DNA of 64,000 nt from a candidate division WOR-3 bacterium (lineage in GTDB: Bacteria; Hydrothermota; UBA3072), in contig JAFGHJ010000013.1 in the NCBI GenBank assembly GCA_016930175.1, forward strand, positions 164,745 to 228,744. Direction: 5' to 3'. The position numbers and the translations under genes are program-made. The stretch's first letter is position 1. Each line of letters begins with the position of its first letter. The notes below the pieces were generated by a model. The model was given only the letters and a program-made list of their open reading frames with translations. It was not told the DNA's origin and did not search any database. Positions 1 to 9,907 of this stretch are shown in pieces.

Positions 1-2
1 GA

Positions 3-1340
3 AAAGGATATCTTTTCGCTGCAGAGAGAGGAGAAGCCTTTGATGGGCATGATTTTTATAAAGAAGCTCTGAATAATGGAGCTTGTGTTGTTTTGATAGA
101 AAAAGAAATATCTGAAGATATTCCGTATATTCTTGTTCCAAATACCAGAAGGGCTTTTTCCAGAATTACTTCTAATTATTATGGAAATCCATCCGCTAAG
201 TTAAGAGTTATAGGTGTTACAGGTACTAATGGTAAAACCACCACTTCTTACCTCCTTTCTTCCCTTTTCCCGAATTCTGTTTGTTTTAGCACGGTAAAGT
301 ATATTGGCGTTAGCAGTAAAATTAAAGCCATAAACACGACTCCTTCACCTATTTTACTGCATAGAGAAATAGCCGGAGCCTGCGAAAGAGGATTGGATAC
401 CGCTATTCTTGAAGTCTCTTCCATAGGTCTCGATCAGGATAGAGTTTCAGATGTGGATTTTGATTATGCAGTTTTTACGAATATTACCAGAGACCATTTA
501 GATTACCATAAGAATTTTGAAAATTATCGTAAAGCTAAAGCGAAATTTTTCGAAGGCCTAGGAGAGAATAAAATAGCGTTAATAAACGCTGATGACCCCG
601 AGGCTCCGTATTTTATTGCCTGTGCAAAATCGAAAGTCGTGACTTTCGGATTTAAAAGAGGCAATGTTATAGGAAATTTACTGCAGAATTCGGGAAAAGG
701 TTTAAATTTAAAAATTGATGGGATGGGTAGAAGTTTGGAAGTTTTTAGTCCCCTGATAGGGAATTTTAATGCTTCGAATGTTCTTACAGCAGTGGTTGTC
801 GGCATACTGGAGAATCTGAGTGATTCCGAGATTAAGGAGCGTATAGCAGAATCGAAACTTCCTCCCGGAAGACTGGAAAGAGTTGAATCTCCGGAAGGTA
901 TTTCGGTTTTTGTTGATTATGCTCACACTCCCGATGCCTTATTCTCTGTTATTTCTTCACTTAAAGAATATAATCCCTCAAAAATAATAACTGTTTTTGG
1001 GGCGGGAGGACACAGAGATAAAGGTAAAAGAGGATTAATGGGAGCTGTGGTCTCAGCGCTTTCGGATGTGATTATTGTTACTTCTGATAATCCTAGAGAT
1101 GAAGAGCCGGATGACATAATCGACAATATATTCGAAGGAATTTCAAATAAAAAGGCGATTAGGATAACGGATAGAAAAGAAGCAATTTTTAAAGCCCTAT
1201 CTATCGCGGGAAAAGGGGATTTTGTTTTGATTGCAGGAAAGGGACACGAAGATTATCAGGAAATAAAAGGGAAAAGAATCCCTTTCTCGGATAAAAAATG
1301 CGTAAAGGAGTTTTACAACTATGAGAGAAATAGAGCTTAA
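3..1340 (+). CDS. murE: UDP-N-acetylmuramoyl-L-alanyl-D-glutamate--2,6-diaminopimelate ligase (5' end outside window)
   Basis: GVTGTNGKTTT P-loop, TNITRDHLDYH, VDYAHTPDA, DNPR (meso-DAP specificity), AGKGHE. Frame is open from position 3 (KGYLFAAERGEAFDGHDF), so the true start is upstream. Confidence 0.95.
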   Translation, partial: KGYLFAAERGEAFDGHDFYKEALNNGACVVLIEKEISEDIPYILVPNTRRAFSRITSNYYGNPSAKLRVIGVTGTNGKTTTSYLLSSLFPNSVCFSTVKYIGVSSKIKAINTTPSPILLHREIAGACERGLDTAILEVSSIGLDQDRVSDVDFDYAVFTNITRDHLDYHKNFENYRKAKAKFFEGLGENKIALINADDPEAPYFIACAKSKVVTFGFKRGNVIGNLLQNSGKGLNLKIDGMGRSLEVFSPLIGNFNASNVLTAVVVGILENLSDSEIKERIAESKLPPGRLERVESPEGISVFVDYAHTPDALFSVISSLKEYNPSKIITVFGAGGHRDKGKRGLMGAVVSALSDVIIVTSDNPRDEEPDDIIDNIFEGISNKKAIRITDRKEAIFKALSIAGKGDFVLIAGKGHEDYQEIKGKRIPFSDKKCVKEFYNYERNRA

Positions 1341-2655
1341 AAAGACTCTCGAAGTGTTAAACGGTAAGTATCTGGGAGGTAAAAGTATAGGACGCATGGT
1401 TTCAAGTGGAATATCTGTAGATTCGAGGACAATCAAGAAGAAAGAACTATTTTTTTCTCTTAAGGGAGAGAATTTTGATGGTCATAATTTTGTGGGTGAG
1501 GCTATTTTTAAATCGGGTCTTCCTGCTGTTGTATCCAAGAAGGTCAAAAATAAAGAAGTTATTTTGGTTGACGATACGCTTAAGAGTTTAGGAGATTTGG
1601 CTTCATATTATAAAGAAAAAACTGGTGTTTTCACAATAGCGGTTACCGGCTCATACGGAAAGACCACGACAAAAGATTTTATGGGTTCTATTTTTAACAG
1701 AAATTATTCTACCCTGGTATCTTATAAAAATTATAATAATCTTGTCGGTGTTCCTTTAAATTTATTTAGATTGAAAGATGAAAAAATTGCAGTTCTTGAA
1801 TTCGGAACCAATCAATTTGGTGAGATAAAGAGATTATCTGAAATTGTGAAGCCTGATATTGGCGTGATTACGGGTATCGGCGAAGCTCATCTGGAAGCTT
1901 TCGGGGATAAAAGAGGGGTTTTAAAGGAAAAGTCTGATATTGTAGCCGGGCTTAAAGGGCCCTTGTTTGTTAACGGAGATGATCCGTTGCTTCGAGATGT
2001 TAAAAAAGACAAAATTATTAAAGTAGGTTTTCTGGAGGATAACGATTTTGCCTTTAAAATATTGCAGGAATCAATCGATGGTACTGTTTTTTCAACTTCA
2101 GATATTAATTTTTGGATTAAATTACCGACACTTGGAATGTTGAGATGTGCTATGTTTGCTGTTTCTGTCGCGCTTCATTATGGGATTCCGCGTGAAGATA
2201 TTCAGGAGGGTCTAAAGACCGTGGGAAAATCTTCTCACAGGATGGAAATTAAAAGAACAGAAATGTTTAATATTGTTGATGACACTTATAATAGTAATCC
2301 ACAATCTCTTTTAAATGCTGTTTCTTTTCTTTCTCTTATGCCGGGCAGAAAAATAGTTGTCCTCGGCCCGATGTTGGAATTAGGGGAGAATAGTTTTTCG
2401 ATTCATAAAGAGATAGGTAAAAAACTTAAGTTCAGGGTTCATAAGTTGATTGCAATTGGTGAAGAAGCCAGGGGCTTTGTTGAGGGATATGAAGGCGGTT
2501 ATTTGGTTCCCAATAAAGAGAAGGCCCTTAAGAAACTTCATGAAATAATTAACAAAGGTGATACGGTATTGTTTAAATCTTCGCGAGCATTAAAACTTGA
2601 AACTCTGATTGAGCAATTACAGGAGGAAAATTGTTTTATTTACTCTCGCCTCTAA
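1321..2655 (+). CDS. murF: UDP-N-acetylmuramoyl-tripeptide--D-Ala-D-Ala ligase
   Basis: DSR, FDGHNF, AVTGSYGKTTTK, NNLVGVP, DDTYNSNP, LGPMLELG, KSSR. Follows murE. Confidence 0.95.
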   Translation: MREIELKKTLEVLNGKYLGGKSIGRMVSSGISVDSRTIKKKELFFSLKGENFDGHNFVGEAIFKSGLPAVVSKKVKNKEVILVDDTLKSLGDLASYYKEKTGVFTIAVTGSYGKTTTKDFMGSIFNRNYSTLVSYKNYNNLVGVPLNLFRLKDEKIAVLEFGTNQFGEIKRLSEIVKPDIGVITGIGEAHLEAFGDKRGVLKEKSDIVAGLKGPLFVNGDDPLLRDVKKDKIIKVGFLEDNDFAFKILQESIDGTVFSTSDINFWIKLPTLGMLRCAMFAVSVALHYGIPREDIQEGLKTVGKSSHRMEIKRTEMFNIVDDTYNSNPQSLLNAVSFLSLMPGRKIVVLGPMLELGENSFSIHKEIGKKLKFRVHKLIAIGEEARGFVEGYEGGYLVPNKEKALKKLHEIINKGDTVLFKSSRALKLETLIEQLQEENCFIYSRL

Positions 2656-3707
2656 GGGAAAATTTTATTATTTTTAATTTGTTGCGTTATATAACGTTTC
2701 GTTCCGCTTATGCTGCAATTACATCTCTTTTGATTTCACTAATATTAGGGAGAAAATTTGTTGTCTTTCTTAAAAATAAAGCTCTTACCGAATCTATTTC
2801 AAAGTGGATAAAGGATACGCACGGAAAAAAGGCGGGAACTCCAACGATGGGTGGATTATTAATCATAATTTCTTTGCTTGTTTCTGTTATGCTCTGGGCT
2901 GATATAAGGAATATTTTTATTCTATATTTAATTGGCATTACTGTATGGATGGGTATTTTTGGGGTATTTGACGATTATATAAAGGGGAAAAGAGGAGATG
3001 GCTTTAATGTTTTGACTAAAATAATAATACAAATTATACCTGCCGTTTTTATTGGTGTTATGTTTGTTCTTTTTCCTCTTAAGGGTGGTTATGAGACGTT
3101 GACAATAGCGCCTTTTTTTAAAAACGTTTTTATTAACCTTGGCTATTTTTATATACCTTTTATTATTCTGGTAATAATAGGAACGACTAATGCAGTTAAT
3201 ATAACGGATGGCATGGACGGGCTTGCGATAGGGCTTTCAAGTATTATAGCTATAGCATTTGCCATTATTGCTTATGTTACAGGTAACATAAAATTTGCAG
3301 AATATCTTAATCTGCTTTATATTCCGGGAAGCGGAGAGGTAACTGTCTTCTGCGCCGCATTTGTTGGTTCCTCTATTGGTTTTCTATGGTTTAATTCGCA
3401 CCCGGCGGAAATTTTTATGGGTGATACAGGTTCTCTTGCTATTGGCGGAATATTGGGGTTAATCGCGATTCTCCTAAAACATGAATTTTTGTTATTGGTG
3501 ATAGGGGGTGTTTTTGTAATAGAAACATTGTCCGTTATTCTGCAGGTTGCTTCGTTTAAGTTGACAGGCAAACGAATTTTCAAGATGGCTCCTATTCATC
3601 ACCATTTTCATCTTGTTGGCTGGCAGGAATCAAAAGTGGTTATTCGATTCTGGATTTGGGGTATTATGTTTGCTTTGCTTGGACTTAGCACGCTTAAGAT
3701 AAGGTAG
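2631..3707 (+). CDS. mraY: Phospho-N-acetylmuramoyl-pentapeptide transferase
   Basis: KAGTPTMGG, NAVNITDGMDGLA, FMGDTGS, MAPIHHHF; multi-TM. Confidence 0.97.
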   Translation: MFYLLSPLRENFIIFNLLRYITFRSAYAAITSLLISLILGRKFVVFLKNKALTESISKWIKDTHGKKAGTPTMGGLLIIISLLVSVMLWADIRNIFILYLIGITVWMGIFGVFDDYIKGKRGDGFNVLTKIIIQIIPAVFIGVMFVLFPLKGGYETLTIAPFFKNVFINLGYFYIPFIILVIIGTTNAVNITDGMDGLAIGLSSIIAIAFAIIAYVTGNIKFAEYLNLLYIPGSGEVTVFCAAFVGSSIGFLWFNSHPAEIFMGDTGSLAIGGILGLIAILLKHEFLLLVIGGVFVIETLSVILQVASFKLTGKRIFKMAPIHHHFHLVGWQESKVVIRFWIWGIMFALLGLSTLKIR

Positions 3708-3716
3708 AGGGTACAA

Positions 3717-5009
3717 ATGATTGGTGTTATTGGTTATGGGCGAAGCGGAAAGGCAGTTTCAAAATTGATTGAAAGCCTTGGGGAAGCTCCTTTTGTAAGT
3801 GATTTAAGTCAGGATAGTTCTGATATACCGTATGCCAGTGAGTCGGGAAAACATACTGACAAATTGCTCGAAATGGACTTGTTGGTTGTTTCCCCCGGTG
3901 TATCCTTGAATATTCCTATACTTTTAAAAGCCAGAGAAAAGGGGATTCCTGTTATTGGTGAAGTCGAGTTTGCCTCAAGGTATATAAAAGGAAGGATTGT
4001 TGCGATTACTGGCACTAATGGTAAAACCACTACTGCTGCAATGACTCATCATATCCTGGAAAAATCACTCGATGATAAGGTCCTTCTTGGAGGGAATATT
4101 TATCCAGGGATGCCCTTGAGCAGTCTCGTCATGAAAAGCAAAGAAGATTCTGTAACTATTGTAGAAGTTTCTTCATATCAATTGGAGAGAATTAAAGATT
4201 TCCATCCATGGATTTCTGCAATAGTCAATGTCTCTCCTGATCATCTGGACAGGCATGAAGATTTTAAAGAATATTTGAACGCAAAATTAAATATTTTTAA
4301 AAACCAGGATTCTAATGATTATTCAATACTTAACAAAGACTACCCTGCCCTTGCGGCTCTTAATCTGTCTTCGAAGAGATTATATTTTTCTCTTACGGAG
4401 AAAAGCGATATTTATTTTAACGGTTCCGTTTTTGTGCGAGATGGAAAAAATAAAGAAGTCTTCAGTAAAGATGACTTATTTATGCCGGGAAACGCATTTA
4501 TAGAAGATGGAATGATTGCCGCTCTTATCGCCAATATTATAGGTCTAGACTGGGAGTCTGTCCGGGAGAGAATTCGTTCATTTCCCGGAGTCGAGCACAG
4601 AATGGAAACGGTTTTTAAGAACGATAACATGTGGATTATTAATAATTCTATGTGTACAAATCCTATTGCTTTTTTGAAATCTCTTGAATGTTTTCCTGAC
4701 TGCTGTGTTATTATCGGCGGCAGAATGAAAGTTGCGGACATTAGTCCTATAGTTAATGCTGTGAAAAAATTCGCCAAGTCTGCCGTTCTTATTGGAGAAT
4801 CGAGTAAGTTGATTTCCGATAATTTAAAAAATATAGGATTCATGGATTGGGTACTTGCTTCTTCTATGGAGGATGCTGTAGGGAAAGCTATAAGTACAAA
4901 GTGTGACAGAATAATTCTTTCTCCGGGAGGCTCGAGTTTTGACTGGTACAGAGACTTCAGAGAAAGGGGGGATGTTTTTAAGAAATTAGTGAGGGAAATT
5001 TATGGTTAA
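3717..5009 (+). CDS. murD: UDP-N-acetylmuramoyl-L-alanine--D-glutamate ligase
   Basis: VVSPGV, AITGTNGKTTT, EVSSYQLE, PDHLDRH, HRME, SFD..F.ERG. Confidence 0.95.
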   Translation: MIGVIGYGRSGKAVSKLIESLGEAPFVSDLSQDSSDIPYASESGKHTDKLLEMDLLVVSPGVSLNIPILLKAREKGIPVIGEVEFASRYIKGRIVAITGTNGKTTTAAMTHHILEKSLDDKVLLGGNIYPGMPLSSLVMKSKEDSVTIVEVSSYQLERIKDFHPWISAIVNVSPDHLDRHEDFKEYLNAKLNIFKNQDSNDYSILNKDYPALAALNLSSKRLYFSLTEKSDIYFNGSVFVRDGKNKEVFSKDDLFMPGNAFIEDGMIAALIANIIGLDWESVRERIRSFPGVEHRMETVFKNDNMWIINNSMCTNPIAFLKSLECFPDCCVIIGGRMKVADISPIVNAVKKFAKSAVLIGESSKLISDNLKNIGFMDWVLASSMEDAVGKAISTKCDRIILSPGGSSFDWYRDFRERGDVFKKLVREIYG

Positions 5010-6150
5010 GCCGAGGGGAATAAAAATAGGATTAGTAGAGGTTATTCCTTTGTTGCTTGGCGCTTTCGGACTTATTATGGTTTTTTCGGCAAGTTCCGGT
5101 ATTTCTGTTTACAAAAGTGTGGTGCCGACCTCTTTTGTTAAACAGTTAATTTTATTTGTTTTTGGCGTGGGTTTGTTTTTTCTTACTTCTAAAATAAAGG
5201 TGAAATTCTGGGAAGAGTTTAATTTGTTTTTTATTATATTAGCGGGTTTCCTGCTTGTATTAACATATTTTTATGGTATCGAAATCAATGGTGCGCGAAG
5301 ATGGTTGGCGATAAAGATTTTTAATATGAGATTCTCTTTTCAGCCGTCTATTTTTGCCCAGTTCGCTCTGGTCATTTTCTTTGCGAAAAAGAGAGATTTT
5401 GGTATTTCAATCTTTGTTATTTCCGTTATTATGGGATTGATTATTATTCAGCCGGATATTTCAATGGCTTTTCTTACTTTAATTATTGGTACGGTAATGT
5501 TATTTTTGAATAGTACTAATGATGGTAAAGTTGCAGCTTTCTTTGCAATAATGCTTCTTGTCGGTGTGATTTTTATAACACGGGAGGGGTATGCTGTTAG
5601 CAGGATAAACAACCACATTAATAGTGACTCTTTAAACGCCACTGTTCAGGCTATTTCTCATGGTGGCTTTTCGGGATTGGGTTTGGGTAGCGGAATCGAG
5701 AAGTTCTTTTATATCCCTTTGCCGGATTCGGATTTTATCTTTTCAATAATAGGTGAAGAATTAGGGTTTACCGGATGTCTTTTTATTGTCGGATTGTTTG
5801 TTATTTATTTCATAAGTGCAATAAAATCAAGTCTAAGAGCTTCTAATGAATATTCTTCTTTGTTAGGATTAGGTCTGGTTCTATTTATAGGAGTATACGC
5901 TCTGTTGCATATTTACGTATCCCTGGGGATTGTACCGGTTACAGGCATACCTTTGCCTTTTATATCCAGTGGGGGTACTGCTTTAATCATGGCCTATATG
6001 GCAGGAGGTATTATTGTCTCAATCGAAAAAAACAATAATCGTATCAGGGGGAGGGACGGGAGGACACATCTATCCGGCTCTCGCAGTCGCTCGCAAAATA
6101 GAGGGAAAAGGGTACAGCGTGATTTATATAGGAAGCGGTTCGGGACTTGA
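5002..6150 (+). CDS. ftsW: SEDS-family peptidoglycan polymerase FtsW
   Basis: NGARRW, FQPS, QPD, SDFIFSIIGEELG, PVTGIPLPFISSGG. Between murD and murG. Confidence 0.92.
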   Translation: MVKPRGIKIGLVEVIPLLLGAFGLIMVFSASSGISVYKSVVPTSFVKQLILFVFGVGLFFLTSKIKVKFWEEFNLFFIILAGFLLVLTYFYGIEINGARRWLAIKIFNMRFSFQPSIFAQFALVIFFAKKRDFGISIFVISVIMGLIIIQPDISMAFLTLIIGTVMLFLNSTNDGKVAAFFAIMLLVGVIFITREGYAVSRINNHINSDSLNATVQAISHGGFSGLGLGSGIEKFFYIPLPDSDFIFSIIGEELGFTGCLFIVGLFVIYFISAIKSSLRASNEYSSLLGLGLVLFIGVYALLHIYVSLGIVPVTGIPLPFISSGGTALIMAYMAGGIIVSIEKNNNRIRGRDGRTHLSGSRSRSQNRGKRVQRDLYRKRFGT

Positions 6151-7057
6151 GAGAGACTTTGTTGATATGAAAAACATGTATTTATTGCCGACAGTAGGTT
6201 GGGTAAATAAGAATTTACTAGGGAAAATTATTTTCGTTTTCCGATTTATTCCCGGATTTTTTTTCTCGATATGGTTGATTATCAGGAAAAAAGTTTGCGC
6301 GGTCTTTCATACAGGAGCTTTTGCTTCTTTACCTGTTAGTATGGCAGCAGTTATTTTAGGAGTGCCGGTTTTTACACTTGTTCTTGACTCAAAACCCGGG
6401 AAGGCTGTTAATTTTCTTTCCCGATTTTCGAAGGAAGTATTTTTGCCCTATGAGGAAGATTTTCCATCTCTTAGGGGAAGGAAAAAAGTTGTGACTGGTA
6501 TTCCAGTAAGAGATGAGCTTACGCGAGGAAAATATGGAGAAGCTGTCAATTATTTTTCTCTGATGCCCGGTAAGAAAACATTATTGGTAATCGGAGGTAG
6601 CCGTGGAGCAAAGTTTCTTGCCGAGCTTTCAGAGAAATTGATTCCCCTGATGAAAAAAGATTGGCAATTCATTATTCAGAGGGGAGATTTTAAAATAGTC
6701 TCTGACCATGAATGGGTCAGGCAATTTTCCTTTATAGATAGAATGGAGCTCGCTTATGCCCTGGGTGATGTAATTATTTCGCGAGCAGGGGCATCGGCTA
6801 CTGCAGAGATTGAAAATACAGGTATTCCGGCTGTATTGATTCCTTACCCGTATGCTTTTAGAGATCATCAATTTTTTAACGCAAAAAGACTTGCGTTTAT
6901 CAGAAACAATATAATAATAAAAAGAGAAAAAGAAGTAGAAGTGAAAAATTTTCCGGAATTAATTGAAACGCTTTACGGAGAAAAAATAAGCGTTAACGAA
7001 AGTACTTCGACAGAGAAAGTAGTCGAAAGGATTTTAGAGTATGTTCGGAAGGTTTAA
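6014..7057 (+). CDS. murG: Undecaprenyl-PP-MurNAc-pentapeptide GlcNAc transferase
   Basis: GGGTGGHIYPA, TGIPVR, GGSRGA, SRAGAS, IPYPYA..HQ..NA. Confidence 0.95.
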   Translation: MSQSKKTIIVSGGGTGGHIYPALAVARKIEGKGYSVIYIGSGSGLERDFVDMKNMYLLPTVGWVNKNLLGKIIFVFRFIPGFFFSIWLIIRKKVCAVFHTGAFASLPVSMAAVILGVPVFTLVLDSKPGKAVNFLSRFSKEVFLPYEEDFPSLRGRKKVVTGIPVRDELTRGKYGEAVNYFSLMPGKKTLLVIGGSRGAKFLAELSEKLIPLMKKDWQFIIQRGDFKIVSDHEWVRQFSFIDRMELAYALGDVIISRAGASATAEIENTGIPAVLIPYPYAFRDHQFFNAKRLAFIRNNIIIKREKEVEVKNFPELIETLYGEKISVNESTSTEKVVERILEYVRKV

Positions 7058-8417
7058 AAAAGTACATTTCATTGGCATAGGCGGTATCGGTATGAGTGGT
7101 ATTGCCGAACTACTCTGGAATATGGGTTTCGAAGTAACCGGCAGTGATATCAAAGAATCGGAAAATATCAAAAGGCTTCAAAAATTAGGGATAAAGATTT
7201 CCATACCGCATAATAAAGATAATATTGATGATGCGGATGTTGTGGTTTATACTTCAGCTTTATCCAAAGACAACGTAGAACTGCAGCAGGCTAAGAAAAC
7301 TAATATCCCAATAAGCAGAAGGGCTGAGATGCTGGCTGAATTAATGAGAATCAAGTTTTCTATAGCCGTTGCAGGAACTCACGGTAAGTCTACAACGACT
7401 TCTCTCGTAGCTTCTATTTTAAGAGAGAAAGAACTTGATCCCACTATAATTGTCGGCGGGATACTCAGAAGCACCGGAAATAATGCGAGGTTGGGCGAAA
7501 GCGAGTACCTTGTTGCGGAAGCAGATGAAAGTGATCGTTCTTTTCTAAAATTATTTCCCACAGTTGCAGTTATCACTAATATAGATCTCGAGCACCTTGA
7601 TGTTTATAAAGACCTTGATGATATAAAAGATACATTTAAGAAATTTGCAAATTCGGTTCCATTTTATGGGGCTGTCCATCTTTCTATGGATGATCCTGTT
7701 TCTATTTCTATTCTTACGGAAATCGAGAGAAAAGTAATAACTTTTGGGATTTCTCCAAATGCAGATGTGAAAGGGATGAATATCAAAAGAGAAGGTTTTT
7801 CCCATAGTTTCGATCTTGTTTCAAACGGAAATAGTATAAAAAATATTCAGGTCAATCTTCCGGGTAGGCATAACGTAATTAATGCTATAGCTGCCTGTTC
7901 TGTTGCTTTAGAGCTAGGGGTTGATTCGGAGAGTATTAAAAAGGGGATAAGCAAATGTACGGGCATTGCCAGAAGATTTGAAAAACGAGGGTTTGAAAAA
8001 GGTATTCTTGTTATAGACGATTATGCTCATCATCCGAGAGAGATCGAGGCTACTCTTTCCGGAGCGAGGGCAGGTTGGGATGGAAGAATATTGGCGGTAT
8101 TCCAACCGCATTTATTTTCAAGAACCATATTACTCAAAAAAGAATTTGGGAAAGCCTTTTTCCAGGCTGATAAAGTTATTATTACTGATATTTATGCGGC
8201 GAGGGAAGAACCAATACCCGGAGTTACAGGAGAAATCATTAAAGAGCAGTGCAGGAATTTTGGTCACAAAGATGTTGAATATATCGAAAATAAAGAAGAA
8301 ATACCGAAATTTTTAATTCCGCAGCTTTCAAAAGGGGATATGGTGATTCTACTTGGCGCGGGGGATATTTATAAAATTGCAAAGGATATACTTGATGGAA
8401 TTAGAAGTAAAAGGTAA
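7041..8417 (+). CDS. murC: UDP-N-acetylmuramate--L-alanine ligase
   Basis: HFIGIGGIGMSG, AGTHGKSTTT, EADESD, DDYAHHP, FQPH. Confidence 0.97.
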   Translation: MFGRFKKVHFIGIGGIGMSGIAELLWNMGFEVTGSDIKESENIKRLQKLGIKISIPHNKDNIDDADVVVYTSALSKDNVELQQAKKTNIPISRRAEMLAELMRIKFSIAVAGTHGKSTTTSLVASILREKELDPTIIVGGILRSTGNNARLGESEYLVAEADESDRSFLKLFPTVAVITNIDLEHLDVYKDLDDIKDTFKKFANSVPFYGAVHLSMDDPVSISILTEIERKVITFGISPNADVKGMNIKREGFSHSFDLVSNGNSIKNIQVNLPGRHNVINAIAACSVALELGVDSESIKKGISKCTGIARRFEKRGFEKGILVIDDYAHHPREIEATLSGARAGWDGRILAVFQPHLFSRTILLKKEFGKAFFQADKVIITDIYAAREEPIPGVTGEIIKEQCRNFGHKDVEYIENKEEIPKFLIPQLSKGDMVILLGAGDIYKIAKDILDGIRSKR

Positions 8418-9285
8418 GATGTTATTTGATGAGCCTCTTTCCGCTCACACTTCGCTTCATCTTGGAGGGAAAGCAAGATATTTCCTTATGTCGGCCGATG
8501 CCGATGATATTTCTGAAGCAGTTTCTTTTGCTAGGGAAGAAGGGCTTACGAGTTTCGTAATGGGTAAGGGCTCAAATATACTTTTTTCGGATGAAGGTTT
8601 TTCCGGGATTATTATATGTACGGAAAATATGAGAAAACTTGACGTATATAATAATAAGTTGACTGCGCAGGCTGGAGCCGGTTTGTCCGAGGCAATAAAT
8701 GTTGCGAAAGAATCTTCTCTTTCGGGTTTTGAGTCGCTGTCGGGTATCCCCGGAAGTGTTGGAGGCGCTTCTGTAATGAATGCGGGCGCTTTCGGTTGTG
8801 AGATAGGTAATTATATAAAATCAGTTAAGGTTTTAAGAGATGGCGAGGAAGTCAAGCTTACCGATATACGATTCGATTACAGACAATCCAGTTTTTCGGA
8901 TGAAATTGTTATAGAGGTGGAATTTTCCTTGACCGAAAGAGAAAAAAGGGAAATTGAAAATAAAATAAAGGAAATAAATACGCTCAGGAAAGAAAGGCAG
9001 CCTCTTTCTTCTAAAGAGTCGGGAACCTGCGGTTCGGTTTTCAAGAATCCGGAAGGTCTTGCTGCCGGAAAATTGATTGAAAAATCGGGATGCAAGGGAA
9101 TGAAAATCGGAGGGGCGAGAGTTTCCGAGAAACATTGTAATTATTTTCTCACCCACCCGGGCGCTACATCCAGGGATTTTATTGAATTGATAAAAGTCGT
9201 TAGGGATGAGGTCGAAAGAAAATTAGGGATTGCTTTGGAATTGGAGGTAAAAATAATTGGCAAAGAAAAAGAAGTCGATATTTAG
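8395..9285 (+). CDS. murB: UDP-N-acetylenolpyruvoylglucosamine reductase
   Basis: GKGSNIL, GIPGSVGG..MNAGA, GSVFKNP, SEKHCN, LELEV. ATG 8395 preferred over TTG 8353. Confidence 0.95.
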   Translation: MELEVKGKMLFDEPLSAHTSLHLGGKARYFLMSADADDISEAVSFAREEGLTSFVMGKGSNILFSDEGFSGIIICTENMRKLDVYNNKLTAQAGAGLSEAINVAKESSLSGFESLSGIPGSVGGASVMNAGAFGCEIGNYIKSVKVLRDGEEVKLTDIRFDYRQSSFSDEIVIEVEFSLTEREKREIENKIKEINTLRKERQPLSSKESGTCGSVFKNPEGLAAGKLIEKSGCKGMKIGGARVSEKHCNYFLTHPGATSRDFIELIKVVRDEVERKLGIALELEVKIIGKEKEVDI

Positions 9286-9904
9286 AGTACGATATTTATT
9301 GATATTGGTGATTATGTGTTTTTTATATAGAATACTTGTTATTTCTCTTCCCATTGAAAAAGCTCATATAAGTTATGAGAGGGAAGTTACGGAGAATAAA
9401 AAGAACGAAATCGGAAATATAGTTAAGAAAACAGGGATAGGCGATTTAAGGTCTTTAAGAGACTCGATTGAATCTCTTACATGGGTAGAGGTAGTTGATT
9501 TAAGAAGAAATATTTTAAGCAGGCTTAAGATTGTTGTTACTCCAAGAGTACCCGTGGTCAGAATTGCCGGGGCTAAGGATAAGGTTATCGATGAAGAAGG
9601 TTTTATTTTTAGCGACGACAGAGCCGACTCTCTGCCGATAGTTGTATTAGGCAAAGGAGTTTCCGGTGAAGAAATAGCACAAGCACTCAGAATTCTCGAG
9701 ATTCTGACTGCGCTTAATATTGATAAAATGCGGATCAATCGTGGAGATGTTATAACAAAATGTTCGAATTTTGAGGTTATATGGGGAAACGATAAATTCG
9801 AAAGAAAGTACGAAATACTTAAACGTATACTGGGGGATAACATAAGTGAGTTTAGCGGGAAAATAGACTTCAGGTTTAAAAACATGGTGGTTTTAAGGAG
9901 GTAA
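9257..9904 (+). CDS. ftsQ: Cell division protein FtsQ/DivIB (divergent)
   Basis: Basic N-terminus plus single TM, POTRA-like WVEVVDLRR, C-terminal IDFRF; directly before ftsA. Confidence 0.8.
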   Translation: MAKKKKSIFRVRYLLILVIMCFLYRILVISLPIEKAHISYEREVTENKKNEIGNIVKKTGIGDLRSLRDSIESLTWVEVVDLRRNILSRLKIVVTPRVPVVRIAGAKDKVIDEEGFIFSDDRADSLPIVVLGKGVSGEEIAQALRILEILTALNIDKMRINRGDVITKCSNFEVIWGNDKFERKYEILKRILGDNISEFSGKIDFRFKNMVVLRR

Positions 9905-9907
9905 GCA

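Noticed and set aside
6014-6150. Long ftsW/murG overlap (also uvrB/nadC and DUF503/rbfA)
   Set aside because: Most simply stop-codon drift in compact operons; all partners are intact.
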